64,000 bases of DNA from Halothiobacillus sp. (lineage in GTDB: Bacteria > Pseudomonadota > Gammaproteobacteria > Halothiobacillales > Halothiobacillaceae). The DNA is taken from NCBI GenBank assembly GCA_023255735.1, contig JAGDVP010000012.1, forward strand, positions 105,477 through 169,476, written 5' to 3'. The translations under genes were made by a program, and so were the position numbers. The notes under the pieces are model-generated. The model was not told the origin of the DNA. It ran no database searches and saw only the letters and a list, made by a program, of their open reading frames with translations. This document shows positions 10,344 to 18,571 of this stretch, piece after piece; the stretch's first letter is position 1; every line of letters starts with the position of its first letter.

Positions 10344-10880
10344 ATGTCTGGTTCTTCCCCCGCCTGTTCTCAAGTTAGACCCTTATGGCCGCCGTTGGTT
10401 GCCGGTTTGGTGTTGGGCTTAGTGCTTATTTTAACGTTTGTGCTCGTGGGCAATGGCGTGGGTGCCTCGGGTACGTTTGCCAGTATTGCCGCATGGCTTG
10501 GCTTGCAGGTGGCGCCGGCGGTAACTCAATCCAACGGGTATCTTGGGCCCATGGTGGCCAATGGCGCCAATCCCTTTGCCAGCTGGATCGTGGTCGAGGT
10601 AATTGGTGTGGCCATCGGTGCCCTGTTGGCTGCAGTCAGTGCGGGGCGATTCAAAATTAAAGTGGATGTTGGCGCCGGAAAAATCGGCGTTATCCCCCGT
10701 TTGTTGCTCGCATTGGTGGGTGGCTTGCTGGCAGGGTTGGGTTCACGCTTTGCGGCGGGCTGCACCAGTGGCGTCGGGCTGTCTGGCACGGCCATGTTGG
10801 GCATGGCGGGGTTCATTTTTTTAATTGTTTTTTTCGTGGTGGGCTTAGCTGTTAGCGCCCTGATGCGGAGGGTTTGGTAA
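10344..10880 (+). CDS. YeeE/YedE-family sulfur-compound transport membrane protein (half-size, subunit 1)
   Basis: A polytopic 178-aa protein with the conserved Cys loop RFAAGCTSGVGLSG typical of the YeeE/YedE (TsuA) family. RBS AAGGAG lies 7 nt upstream. Confidence 0.8.
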   Translation: MSGSSPACSQVRPLWPPLVAGLVLGLVLILTFVLVGNGVGASGTFASIAAWLGLQVAPAVTQSNGYLGPMVANGANPFASWIVVEVIGVAIGALLAAVSAGRFKIKVDVGAGKIGVIPRLLLALVGGLLAGLGSRFAAGCTSGVGLSGTAMLGMAGFIFLIVFFVVGLAVSALMRRVW

Positions 10881-11554
10881 TGGATTATGGTGTAGCGGGT
10901 ACGGCTTTAGCCTCGGGCATCCTTTTTGGTTATGTGCTTGAACAAGCGGGTTTTGGTTCTCCCTGTAAGTTAACAGCGCAGTTTCGCTTAACCGATTGGT
11001 CGGTTTTTAAAGTGATGTTTACGGCAATTTTGGTCGCATCCTTGGGGATTTTATTGTTGCAATCGGGTAATTATTTTGGCTCGACCGGGTTTTTTGTGCC
11101 CACCACATTCTTTTGGGCCACGGCAGTAGGTGCTGCACTGATTGGCGCCGGCTTTGCTGTTGGGGGATATTGCCCCGGTACGTCGGTGGTCGGGTTTATG
11201 TCGGGCAGAATAGATGGCTTGGTTTTTATGCTCGGTATGGTGCTCGGCATTTTAGTCTTTGCCTCGATCTTCAATGCGCCCATCACGCAAAGCATTTTGC
11301 ACACCGCCCAAATCAGCGCTAAAACGATTCCGCAATGGCTGGGCGTTTCTCCGTGGATTGTGTGGGGTGCGATGGTTGTTATGGCGATTGCCGGGTTTTG
11401 GTTGGGTCGCATGATGGAGCAGCGCTCGCACGGCGTGCTCACAGCGGATGATATTGTCGAAAGCATCGATCCGACCCTTGATTCTGCGAAGCAAGGTAGC
11501 GCGGTAGATGGCAATTTGGGGGAGGGATCGGTACCTCTTGTACGCGGTGTTTAA
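10880..11554 (+). CDS. YeeE/YedE-family sulfur-compound transport membrane protein (half-size, subunit 2)
   Basis: N-terminal GILFGYVLEQAGFG and Cys loop GGYCPGTS. TAATG overlap with the preceding gene implies translational coupling. Confidence 0.8.
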   Translation: MDYGVAGTALASGILFGYVLEQAGFGSPCKLTAQFRLTDWSVFKVMFTAILVASLGILLLQSGNYFGSTGFFVPTTFFWATAVGAALIGAGFAVGGYCPGTSVVGFMSGRIDGLVFMLGMVLGILVFASIFNAPITQSILHTAQISAKTIPQWLGVSPWIVWGAMVVMAIAGFWLGRMMEQRSHGVLTADDIVESIDPTLDSAKQGSAVDGNLGEGSVPLVRGV

Positions 11555-11611
11555 ATCGGTTGCTTGAAATCTAGCACGATTGTTTTAATTCTATTTTTGG
11601 AGTGATTTGTG

Positions 11612-11884
11612 ATGAGCATTAATGAAAAAAGTTCTGCCCCTATTAAATCCCGTAAATTTTTGGCAGTTTCCATTCCAGCCTTAGCGGTCGCCCTGTCTGG
11701 CGCGGCTATTCTTTCGTCGCCCATTGATGCCTTATCGATTATTCCTGCGGCACAGGCTCGCGGGGATAACCCGTGCGCCCCAGCGAGTCGTGGCGGGAAC
11801 CCGTGCGCCCCAGCGAGTCGTGGCGGGAATCCTTGTGCACCAGTCAGCCGCGGTGCGAATCCTTGCGCACCGGGTGGTCGTTAA
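11612..11884 (+). CDS. Small exported protein: Sec-type signal peptide plus four tandem R-G-x-N-P-C-A-P-x-(S/G) decapeptides
   Basis: GGAG RBS 9 nt before ATG 11612. N-region KSRK, hydrophobic core FLAVSIPALAVALSGAAIL, and a possible AQA|RG cleavage site. The mature part is RGDNPCAPAS RGGNPCAPAS RGGNPCAPVS RGANPCAPGG R. The peptide motif is retained although units 3-4 use different synonymous codons. Confidence 0.6.
   Translation: MSINEKSSAPIKSRKFLAVSIPALAVALSGAAILSSPIDALSIIPAAQARGDNPCAPASRGGNPCAPASRGGNPCAPVSRGANPCAPGGR
11759..11878 (+). repeat. Four 30-nt tandem repeats in frame, encoding the NPCAP decapeptides
   Basis: Unit boundaries are 11759, 11789, 11819 and 11849. Units 1 and 2 share an identical 21-nt run, aacccgtgcgccccagcgagt. 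Units 3-4 are diverged at synonymous positions (cct tgt gca cca). Confidence 0.9.
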
Positions 11885-11967
11885 TTTCGTCGATGTATTT
11901 TGTGATTTTAACGGGCATCGCCGGTTTATCTGGGCATTTCTCTTAATGGGCTTGGATTGGTCGAATC

Positions 11968-12657
11968 ATGGATAAAGTGTATTGCGACTGGCTCGGCACA
12001 CTGCCCGATGCGGCCTTTGATGAGCTCCTATCTTGTGCTGATGAGTTTTTTGCGATTAATCGTGCGCTGATTCACGATCATCAAACCATTTTGACTGAGT
12101 TACTGCGAGATGAATCAGCACTCGTGCCTGTGCGCTGGCAGCATTATCCGAAAGATGATGTGTGCGACCCTGGCAGTGGGGCGATGTTTTACTATCATGC
12201 ACATGATTCAACGGATCGCCCGGGTGACGAGCACGGGCATTTCCATTTGTTTATTCGACCGGATATTGACGCGGTTTTTAGCCATTTTGTGGCGCTTTCG
12301 CTGGATGCGCGGGGGCAAATTCGATCCATATTTACCACCAATCGCTGGGTGACCGATGAGCAAATACGTCCCGCGCAAGCACTTATCGAATTATTACCTG
12401 ATGCCTTTGTGATAGATCGATCTCGCCCATCTTGGTTGGTTGCTCGCTGGCTTATGATGGTGGCGCGTTTGCTTGTACCTCAAATCCAGCAGGCGCTTTG
12501 GTTGCGTGATGGCGCGCTAAATTGGGATGGCGCGCAAGAATTGCCGCAAGCCCTGCTTGAAGATCGATCTCGTCATGTGCTCAGCGAAGTGCCCATTCAC
12601 ATGATTGATGTGCTGCAGATGATCCAGCGTGAGGGGCTTTTGCGTTATCCCCTATAA
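11968..12657 (+). CDS. Hypothetical cytoplasmic protein with a His-rich putative metal site
   Basis: A 229-aa ORF with no signal peptide. It carries a dense His/acid cluster, FYYHAHDSTDRPGDEHGHFHLF. I could not assign a family. Confidence 0.6.
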   Translation: MDKVYCDWLGTLPDAAFDELLSCADEFFAINRALIHDHQTILTELLRDESALVPVRWQHYPKDDVCDPGSGAMFYYHAHDSTDRPGDEHGHFHLFIRPDIDAVFSHFVALSLDARGQIRSIFTTNRWVTDEQIRPAQALIELLPDAFVIDRSRPSWLVARWLMMVARLLVPQIQQALWLRDGALNWDGAQELPQALLEDRSRHVLSEVPIHMIDVLQMIQREGLLRYPL

Positions 12658-12793
12658 AAAAACTTAACTTTTGCGATTATAAAGTTCGTGGTTTGATGAT
12701 GCTATCTTCGGTGAATTGATAGCGTTTGACATAGTGTGGTTAGGGTTGCATCAGTAGCCTAGGTTTTTGAAAATGAAGAAGGAGTTTGGACAA

Positions 12794-13780
12794 ATGAATG
12801 TTAAGAAATTTGTGTTTGTGCCCGTCGTGTTCGCCGCGACATTCGCCGCGCAGTGTGCTTTTGCGGTGGAGGTGCCTGGCCCTTTGGTTGACCCGGCGTG
12901 GTTAAATGCGCACGCGAATGATGTTAAGGTGCTGCAAGTGAGTGGCCCTTTAAAAGATTTCACCACGGCTCCTGAAATGAAAGATGTAAACGGCAAAAAA
13001 GTTGCCGTGACTGTCAGCGGTCATGTGCCCGGTGCTTCATTTGTTGATTTCAAAACGATCCGGGTTGAGCGCGATATCGATGGCAAGAAAGTCAAAGATA
13101 TGATTCCCGACAAAGCCGCGTTTGAGAAACTGGTTCAATCATGGGGTGTGAATAAAGGCCAAGCTATTGTGATTGTGCCCAAGGGGCTGTCGACACCGGA
13201 TATCGATGAAGCGACTCGTTTATATTGGCAGCTTAAGTATTATGGCCAGGACAATATGGCCATTTTGAATGGCGGCATGGCGCAATGGCTGGCCGATGGC
13301 ATGACGGCGTCAACCGATGCACCTGCAGCGACAACGGGAGATTGGGTAGCGACCGCTGAGCGCAAAAATATTTTAGCAACCTATGCGGAAGTGAAGCACG
13401 CCGTTGAACATCCCGGCTCGGTTGAATTTGGGGATGCGCGTCCATCTAACCAATACATGGGCGTGTTCACCAAGCCTAAAGAGTTATCTGGGCATTTGCC
13501 GGATGCCAAAAATGTACCGCCTGACTTGCTAACTTATGCGGATGGCTCTTCTGCTCGTTTCTTACCCAAAGCAAGCTATGAAGCGATGTTCAAACAGGTT
13601 GGTTTGAATCCGGATAAAGAAATTATCGATTACTGTAATACCGGGCATTTAGCTTCGGGTTTGTGGTTTGTCACGCACGAAATTGTGGGTGATAAAAAAG
13701 CCCGTTTGTATGATGGCTCTATCGTCGAGTACAGTATGTATGACGGCGCCAAGATGACTAATCCTGCAAATTTAAAATAA
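12794..13780 (+). CDS. Periplasmic two-domain rhodanese (thiosulfate sulfurtransferase-like)
   Basis: Signal peptide MNVKKFVFVPVVFAATFAAQCAFA and a C-terminal catalytic loop YCNTGHLASG (rhodanese CxxGxxx). GAAGGAG RBS lies upstream of ATG 12794. Confidence 0.8.
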   Translation: MNVKKFVFVPVVFAATFAAQCAFAVEVPGPLVDPAWLNAHANDVKVLQVSGPLKDFTTAPEMKDVNGKKVAVTVSGHVPGASFVDFKTIRVERDIDGKKVKDMIPDKAAFEKLVQSWGVNKGQAIVIVPKGLSTPDIDEATRLYWQLKYYGQDNMAILNGGMAQWLADGMTASTDAPAATTGDWVATAERKNILATYAEVKHAVEHPGSVEFGDARPSNQYMGVFTKPKELSGHLPDAKNVPPDLLTYADGSSARFLPKASYEAMFKQVGLNPDKEIIDYCNTGHLASGLWFVTHEIVGDKKARLYDGSIVEYSMYDGAKMTNPANLK

Positions 13781-13797
13781 GCGATCTATTCCGATGT

Positions 13798-13827
13798 AAA
13801 AACGCCCCGATTTCGGGGCGTTTTTTT
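13798..13827. terminator. Bidirectional intrinsic terminator between the rhodanese gene and the convergent membrane-protein gene
   Basis: The sequence is aaaaaCGCCCCGatttCGGGGCGttttttt. A GC stem is flanked by an A-run and a T-run. Confidence 0.7.
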
Positions 13828-13851
13828 GAGCCAGAGCTTTGAGCCGTGGCA

Positions 13852-15063
13852 TTACGCTGCTTGGGTTTTTGCGTTTGCTGGTGTTGGTTGCGCGTTAAGC
13901 AGCTTCGATTTTAGTTTGAAGAATACCCGAATCGTGATCAATTGCACGGCCATAAATGGCACCATCATGGCAAAATATAGCCAAGAGCCCTGCGCAATGA
14001 TGTGATTATGTGCCAAGCCTAAATTCAGAAGAAACATGCCAAATACAAAAAATGCGACACCGGGGCAAATGAGCGCAAACGAGCCGGCATTGCCTTTATC
14101 GCCATTAATGTAATGCGCAAAATAACCCAAGCGTTTCATCACGGCATACCCAATTAAGCCGAACAAAATTTGCAGCGACACAATCATCATGCTCGATACA
14201 AAAAAACTGCTGTTATTTAAGGGGTGATCAAAGCCTTGATGCAACCCAAGAGTGAGGCGAATCCAAGTAATGCCGAGTAGGGTCAAGATAGGGATCATAA
14301 TCCATAAACTTGGACTGGCCGATTCAGCAATCCCATTGGTCATCATGCTATGAAAACCATTAACGAGTTTAACGATCGTCAGCAGCAGGGCAATGGTGAA
14401 GAAAAAGAGTGAAAGCGCGATAGACACAGCAACCGTGAGCGTGTTGTGTGACATGTATGCGGGTGCAGCCAAACCGACGGCGATCATCGCTAAGGCAAAC
14501 ATCGAAATCATGGGTGCCAAGCTGTTGTTGGCGGTGAAATCAACCTGGCCGCCAACGAGCGCGCGGGTGAAATAGTGCACCAAAATAGTCATGGCATAAA
14601 TGCCGATGGCAAAGAACGCCCCAATCGCCAGCGGAAAGAGCCATTCCACCACGGTCCATAGCCCCGGAACTAACAATGCGCCCAGCACAAACATCACATT
14701 CACCGACATGGCCAGAGTGAGCGGAATGGTCATAAGCCCAATTTCCGCATTACTGTTGAGCAGGGTTTTAAAAGCATCCAGACGCTTAAATTGCGTGTAC
14801 TCCGCAATATTCCACAGCAAGAGTTTGAAGTGAAGCAATGCGAAAAATAAAATTGCAGCAATCGTGAGCCCGACCAAGCTTGCATTCAGCCAATTGGTGC
14901 CAGTTAAAATGCGCCACACATCGCCAAAGGTGACCATGGCACTATTGGGATGGGGCGCCAAAAACATTAAGTAAATAAAAAATGAAACCGAAAGCCCGCC
15001 GGCGCCCAGCGCGGCGAGAAAGTACAGAGGGGAGTAAGCCGCCCCGAGGTTCTTGCGAATCAT
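13852..15063 (-). CDS. Polytopic membrane transporter, family unresolved (possibly TDT/TehA-like)
   Basis: A 403-aa protein that is hydrophobic throughout. I count at least about 10 predicted TM segments by eye and recognise no soluble domain. Confidence 0.55.
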   Translation of the reverse strand: MIRKNLGAAYSPLYFLAALGAGGLSVSFFIYLMFLAPHPNSAMVTFGDVWRILTGTNWLNASLVGLTIAAILFFALLHFKLLLWNIAEYTQFKRLDAFKTLLNSNAEIGLMTIPLTLAMSVNVMFVLGALLVPGLWTVVEWLFPLAIGAFFAIGIYAMTILVHYFTRALVGGQVDFTANNSLAPMISMFALAMIAVGLAAPAYMSHNTLTVAVSIALSLFFFTIALLLTIVKLVNGFHSMMTNGIAESASPSLWIMIPILTLLGITWIRLTLGLHQGFDHPLNNSSFFVSSMMIVSLQILFGLIGYAVMKRLGYFAHYINGDKGNAGSFALICPGVAFFVFGMFLLNLGLAHNHIIAQGSWLYFAMMVPFMAVQLITIRVFFKLKSKLLNAQPTPANAKTQAA

Positions 15064-15343
15064 GCTATTTCTCCTGACTGAGTGAGTGCTTAGAGCACGT
15101 AATTAATTGCCAATCAACATATTAGAGTTTTCTAACATAGGGATTACTTTACCAACATAGTTGGAATTAATAAATAGCAAAAGCGAAAAAAGTGGGAATA
15201 TTTTACACGGATGGGTGTTTGCCATCGCTTTTTTTTCTAAGTCTTAAGGCGCATTTTGCGTAATCGAAGATTTTGCTTTGCGAACCGGTGGGGGATTTGG
15301 CATTCTGGTGGGATTAACTTCCCCATTGATAGGACGTGTTGAA

Positions 15344-17002
15344 ATGAGTGTATCTGCTTTGGCTGCCACGCAAGTGGCTGGAACGCAGCCAACCCCGGAC
15401 ATGCTGGTCGCGGTGCCGCAGTTAGTGAGTGCTTATTACACGCGCCAGCCAGACCCTGCGCTCGCGGCTCAACGGGTGAGTTTTGGCACCTCCGGCCATC
15501 GGGGCAGCAGCTTGAATACGGCATTTAACGAAGCGCATATCGTGGCCATTACCGCGGCGCTTGTGGAATATCGCCAAGCGCAAAACATTAACGGTTGCCT
15601 ATTTATTGGTTTTGATACCCACGCCTTATCGTGGCCGGCTTTTGTGACGGCCATTGAAGTGCTGGCAGCGGCTGGGGTTTGCGTGCGCTACCAAGCGGGC
15701 TTTAAGCCCACGCCCACGCCTGTTATTTCCCGGCTGATTATTATGGCGAACGCGCAGGCGGATGCGGGCAGCTTGGCAGATGGGGTGGTAATTACCCCAT
15801 CACATAACCCGCCGGCCGATGGTGGCTTTAAATACAACCCAATCCACGGCGGGCCTGCGGATACCGATGCGACCGGCTGGATCCAAAATCGCGCGAATGA
15901 ACTGCTGGTGGATTACCACCGCGTGGCGCGAATGGATTTCGCCTTGGCCTTAACCCAGCCTCAGGTGGTAGGGCAAGATTTTATTGCGCCCTATGTGGCA
16001 GAGCTGGATGCGGTGATTGATTTTGCGGCGATTCAAGCCGCCGATGTATCAATCGGGGTTGACCCTATGGGCGGTGCGGGTTTGCCTTATTGGGCGCCGA
16101 TCGCCGAGCGCTATCAGCTGGACTTAACCGTTGTTAATGATCAGGTTGAGCCGGATTTTCGGTTTATGCCGCTAGATCACGATGGGAAAATCCGAATGGA
16201 TTGTTCATCACCCTATGCGATGGCGAATTTGCTCAAGATTAAAGACCAATTTGATGTTGCATTTGGCAATGATACCGATGCCGATCGGCACGGAATCGTG
16301 ACACCCGATGGCGGGCTACTCAATCCCAATCATTTTTTAGCCGTAGCCATTGATTATTTATTTCGACATCGTCCGCAATGGGGTAAAGCCCTGTCTATTG
16401 GCAAAACGGTGGTCTCAAGCTCGCTGATTGATCGGGTGGCGGCAGGGCTGGGGCGCACGGTCTACGAGGTGCCGGTGGGCATAAAATGGTTTCAACCGGG
16501 GTTAACCGCAGGCGATCTTGGGTTCGGTGGTGAGGAATCTGCCGGTGCCACGTTTTTATGCCGCGATGGCACGGTCTGGACGACTGATAAGGATGGTTTA
16601 ATTATGGGCCTGCTTGCGGCAGAAATTTTGGCGGTGACAGGCAAGGATCCTTGGGCGTATTTTAATGAACTGGTTGATCGTTATGGCCAACCTTTTTATA
16701 CCCGAGTCGATGCCCCCATCAGCGCGGCACAAAAAGCGCGGTTTCATGGCCTAAGCGCCGATGCCGTGCAAGCAAAACAATTGGCGGGCGAGCCCATTAC
16801 GCGCGTGATGACCCATGCGCCGGGTAATCATGCGCCGCTCGGCGGGTTAAAAGTAGAAACAGCGAATGGCTGGTTTGCCGCACGGCCTTCGGGCACTGAG
16901 GATATTTATAAAATTTATGCTGAAAGTTTTATTTCATTAAAACATCTTCAGCAGATATTGGATGAGGCAAAAACCTTGGTTAATCAGGTGTTAATGGGTT
17001 GA
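15344..17002 (+). CDS. pgm: Phosphoglucomutase (alpha-D-glucose phosphate-specific)
   Basis: Active-site loop [16 protein letters not shown], Mg loop [10 protein letters not shown], and GEESAG. Start set at ATG 15344, giving the E. coli Pgm-like size. Confidence 0.9.
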   Translation: MSVSALAATQVAGTQPTPDMLVAVPQLVSAYYTRQPDPALAAQRVSFGTSGHRGSSLNTAFNEAHIVAITAALVEYRQAQNINGCLFIGFDTHALSWPAFVTAIEVLAAAGVCVRYQAGFKPTPTPVISRLIIMANAQADAGSLADGVVITPSHNPPADGGFKYNPIHGGPADTDATGWIQNRANELLVDYHRVARMDFALALTQPQVVGQDFIAPYVAELDAVIDFAAIQAADVSIGVDPMGGAGLPYWAPIAERYQLDLTVVNDQVEPDFRFMPLDHDGKIRMDCSSPYAMANLLKIKDQFDVAFGNDTDADRHGIVTPDGGLLNPNHFLAVAIDYLFRHRPQWGKALSIGKTVVSSSLIDRVAAGLGRTVYEVPVGIKWFQPGLTAGDLGFGGEESAGATFLCRDGTVWTTDKDGLIMGLLAAEILAVTGKDPWAYFNELVDRYGQPFYTRVDAPISAAQKARFHGLSADAVQAKQLAGEPITRVMTHAPGNHAPLGGLKVETANGWFAARPSGTEDIYKIYAESFISLKHLQQILDEAKTLVNQVLMG

Positions 17003-17061
17003 TAATACGAGGGGATTTCCTGCTTTATTGATAGACAGATAACGCGCAGATTGTCACAATT

Positions 17062-17088
17062 ATGCCCAATTTATTTGGGCATTTTTTT
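17062..17088 (+). terminator. Intrinsic terminator after pgm
   Basis: The sequence is ATGCCCAAtttatTTGGGCATtttttt, an 8-bp stem plus a T6 run. It lies inside the ORF-track extension of the next gene, which argues for the ATG 17102 start. Confidence 0.75.
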
Positions 17089-17101
17089 GAGGTTATGCGG
17101 G

Positions 17102-18517
17102 ATGCTGATTGGGTTTGTCGTTTTATATCTCATCGTTTCTATTGGGATAGGATTGCTGGCGGCACGAAGGGTTCATAACACCGCTGATTTTATGACAACA
17201 GGGCGGCAGCTTTCGCTTCCCGTTGTGGTGGGTGTGGTATTTGCTACTTGGTTTGGCGCTGAAACGGTGCTCGGCATTCCCGGTACTTTTTATCAGGAGA
17301 ATTTAGGCGGCTTAATTTCAGACCCCTTTGGCGCGGCATTATGTTTGGTTTTATTCGGTTTGATTTTTGCGCGCCGTTTGTACCGAATGAATTTACTCAC
17401 CTTGGGTGATTTTTATCGGCAGCGATTTAATCGCCAAGTTGAAGTGATTGCCGCGATTGCCATTACCTTGTCCTATTTGGGTTGGGTTGCCGCCCAAATT
17501 ACCGCTTTGGGCATGGTATTTAATGTACTGACTCAAGGAATGATTAGCGAGCCACTTGGCATATTAATAGGTGCCGCGGTTGTCTTGATTTACACCGTGG
17601 TGGGGGGGATGTGGTCTGTCGCGATGACCACGTTTTTTCAAATGATTGTTATTGTGGTCGGGCTAACCATTATCGCCTTTATGCTTGGCCAGATGGCGGG
17701 TGGCATTGGTCCTGTGGTGGCGCATGCCGCAGCGGCCGGAAAGTTTGAATTTTGGCCGGCGCTGAATGCGGCGGCTATTTTGGCTTTTGTCACGGGGTTG
17801 CTGACCTTGGGCTTTGGTTCGATTCCGCAGCAAGATGTCTTTCAAAGGGCCAACTCATCCCGCACCGAGAACATCGCGGTTTGGGGGAGCGTGTTGGGCG
17901 GCGTAATGTATTTACTCTTCGCGGCCATCCCGTTGTTTATTGCTTATTCGGCCACGGTGATTGATCCGGCGCTCGTGGCGCGTTTGATTCAGGGTGATGC
18001 CGATAAAATTATGATGCAGCTCATTCAAAATCACCTGCCTTTATGGGCGCAGGTGATTTTTTACGGCTCACTGATGGCGGTGATTATGAGTACGGCCTCG
18101 GGTACTTTGCTTGCGCCCTCGGTTACGATTGCCGAAAACTTACTCAAAGGCTGGATAGCCCCCGGCGGGATGAGCGATCAAGCCTTTCTGCGGCTAACTC
18201 GCTGGGTGATTGTGGGCTTTGCTATTGCCGTGACGGGCTATTCGCTTTGGGAGCATGCCGGCAATACATCGATTCACAACATGGTAGAAAATGCCTACAA
18301 GGTGACCTTGGTGGTGGCATTTGTGCCTTTATTCGCCGGCTTGTTTTGGCGCCGCGCTAATTTAACTGGGGCCTATTGGTCGATTGGTTTGGGATTGCTT
18401 GCGTGGTTGCCGATGGAGTTTTTGCTCACAAACCCGACGGTGCCCGCGCAGTTTTACGGCTTTGCCGCCAGTATAACGGGCATGGTATTGGGTTCTTTAC
18501 TGAGTCGGCGCGTTTAA
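17102..18517 (+). CDS. Sodium:solute symporter family (SSF) transporter
   Basis: About 13 TM segments. N-terminal SSF signature (TGRQLS...FATWFGAETVLG). GAGG RBS 9 nt upstream of ATG 17102. Confidence 0.8.
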   Translation: MLIGFVVLYLIVSIGIGLLAARRVHNTADFMTTGRQLSLPVVVGVVFATWFGAETVLGIPGTFYQENLGGLISDPFGAALCLVLFGLIFARRLYRMNLLTLGDFYRQRFNRQVEVIAAIAITLSYLGWVAAQITALGMVFNVLTQGMISEPLGILIGAAVVLIYTVVGGMWSVAMTTFFQMIVIVVGLTIIAFMLGQMAGGIGPVVAHAAAAGKFEFWPALNAAAILAFVTGLLTLGFGSIPQQDVFQRANSSRTENIAVWGSVLGGVMYLLFAAIPLFIAYSATVIDPALVARLIQGDADKIMMQLIQNHLPLWAQVIFYGSLMAVIMSTASGTLLAPSVTIAENLLKGWIAPGGMSDQAFLRLTRWVIVGFAIAVTGYSLWEHAGNTSIHNMVENAYKVTLVVAFVPLFAGLFWRRANLTGAYWSIGLGLLAWLPMEFLLTNPTVPAQFYGFAASITGMVLGSLLSRRV

Positions 18518-18539
18518 ATTGTCTAAATTTTTATTAAAT

Positions 18540-18563
18540 AAAATCCAATGGTTGGATTTTTTT
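18540..18563. terminator. Bidirectional terminator-like hairpin
   Basis: The sequence is AAAATCCAAtggTTGGATTTTttt, lying between convergent genes. Confidence 0.55.
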
Positions 18564-18571
18564 GACGGTTA

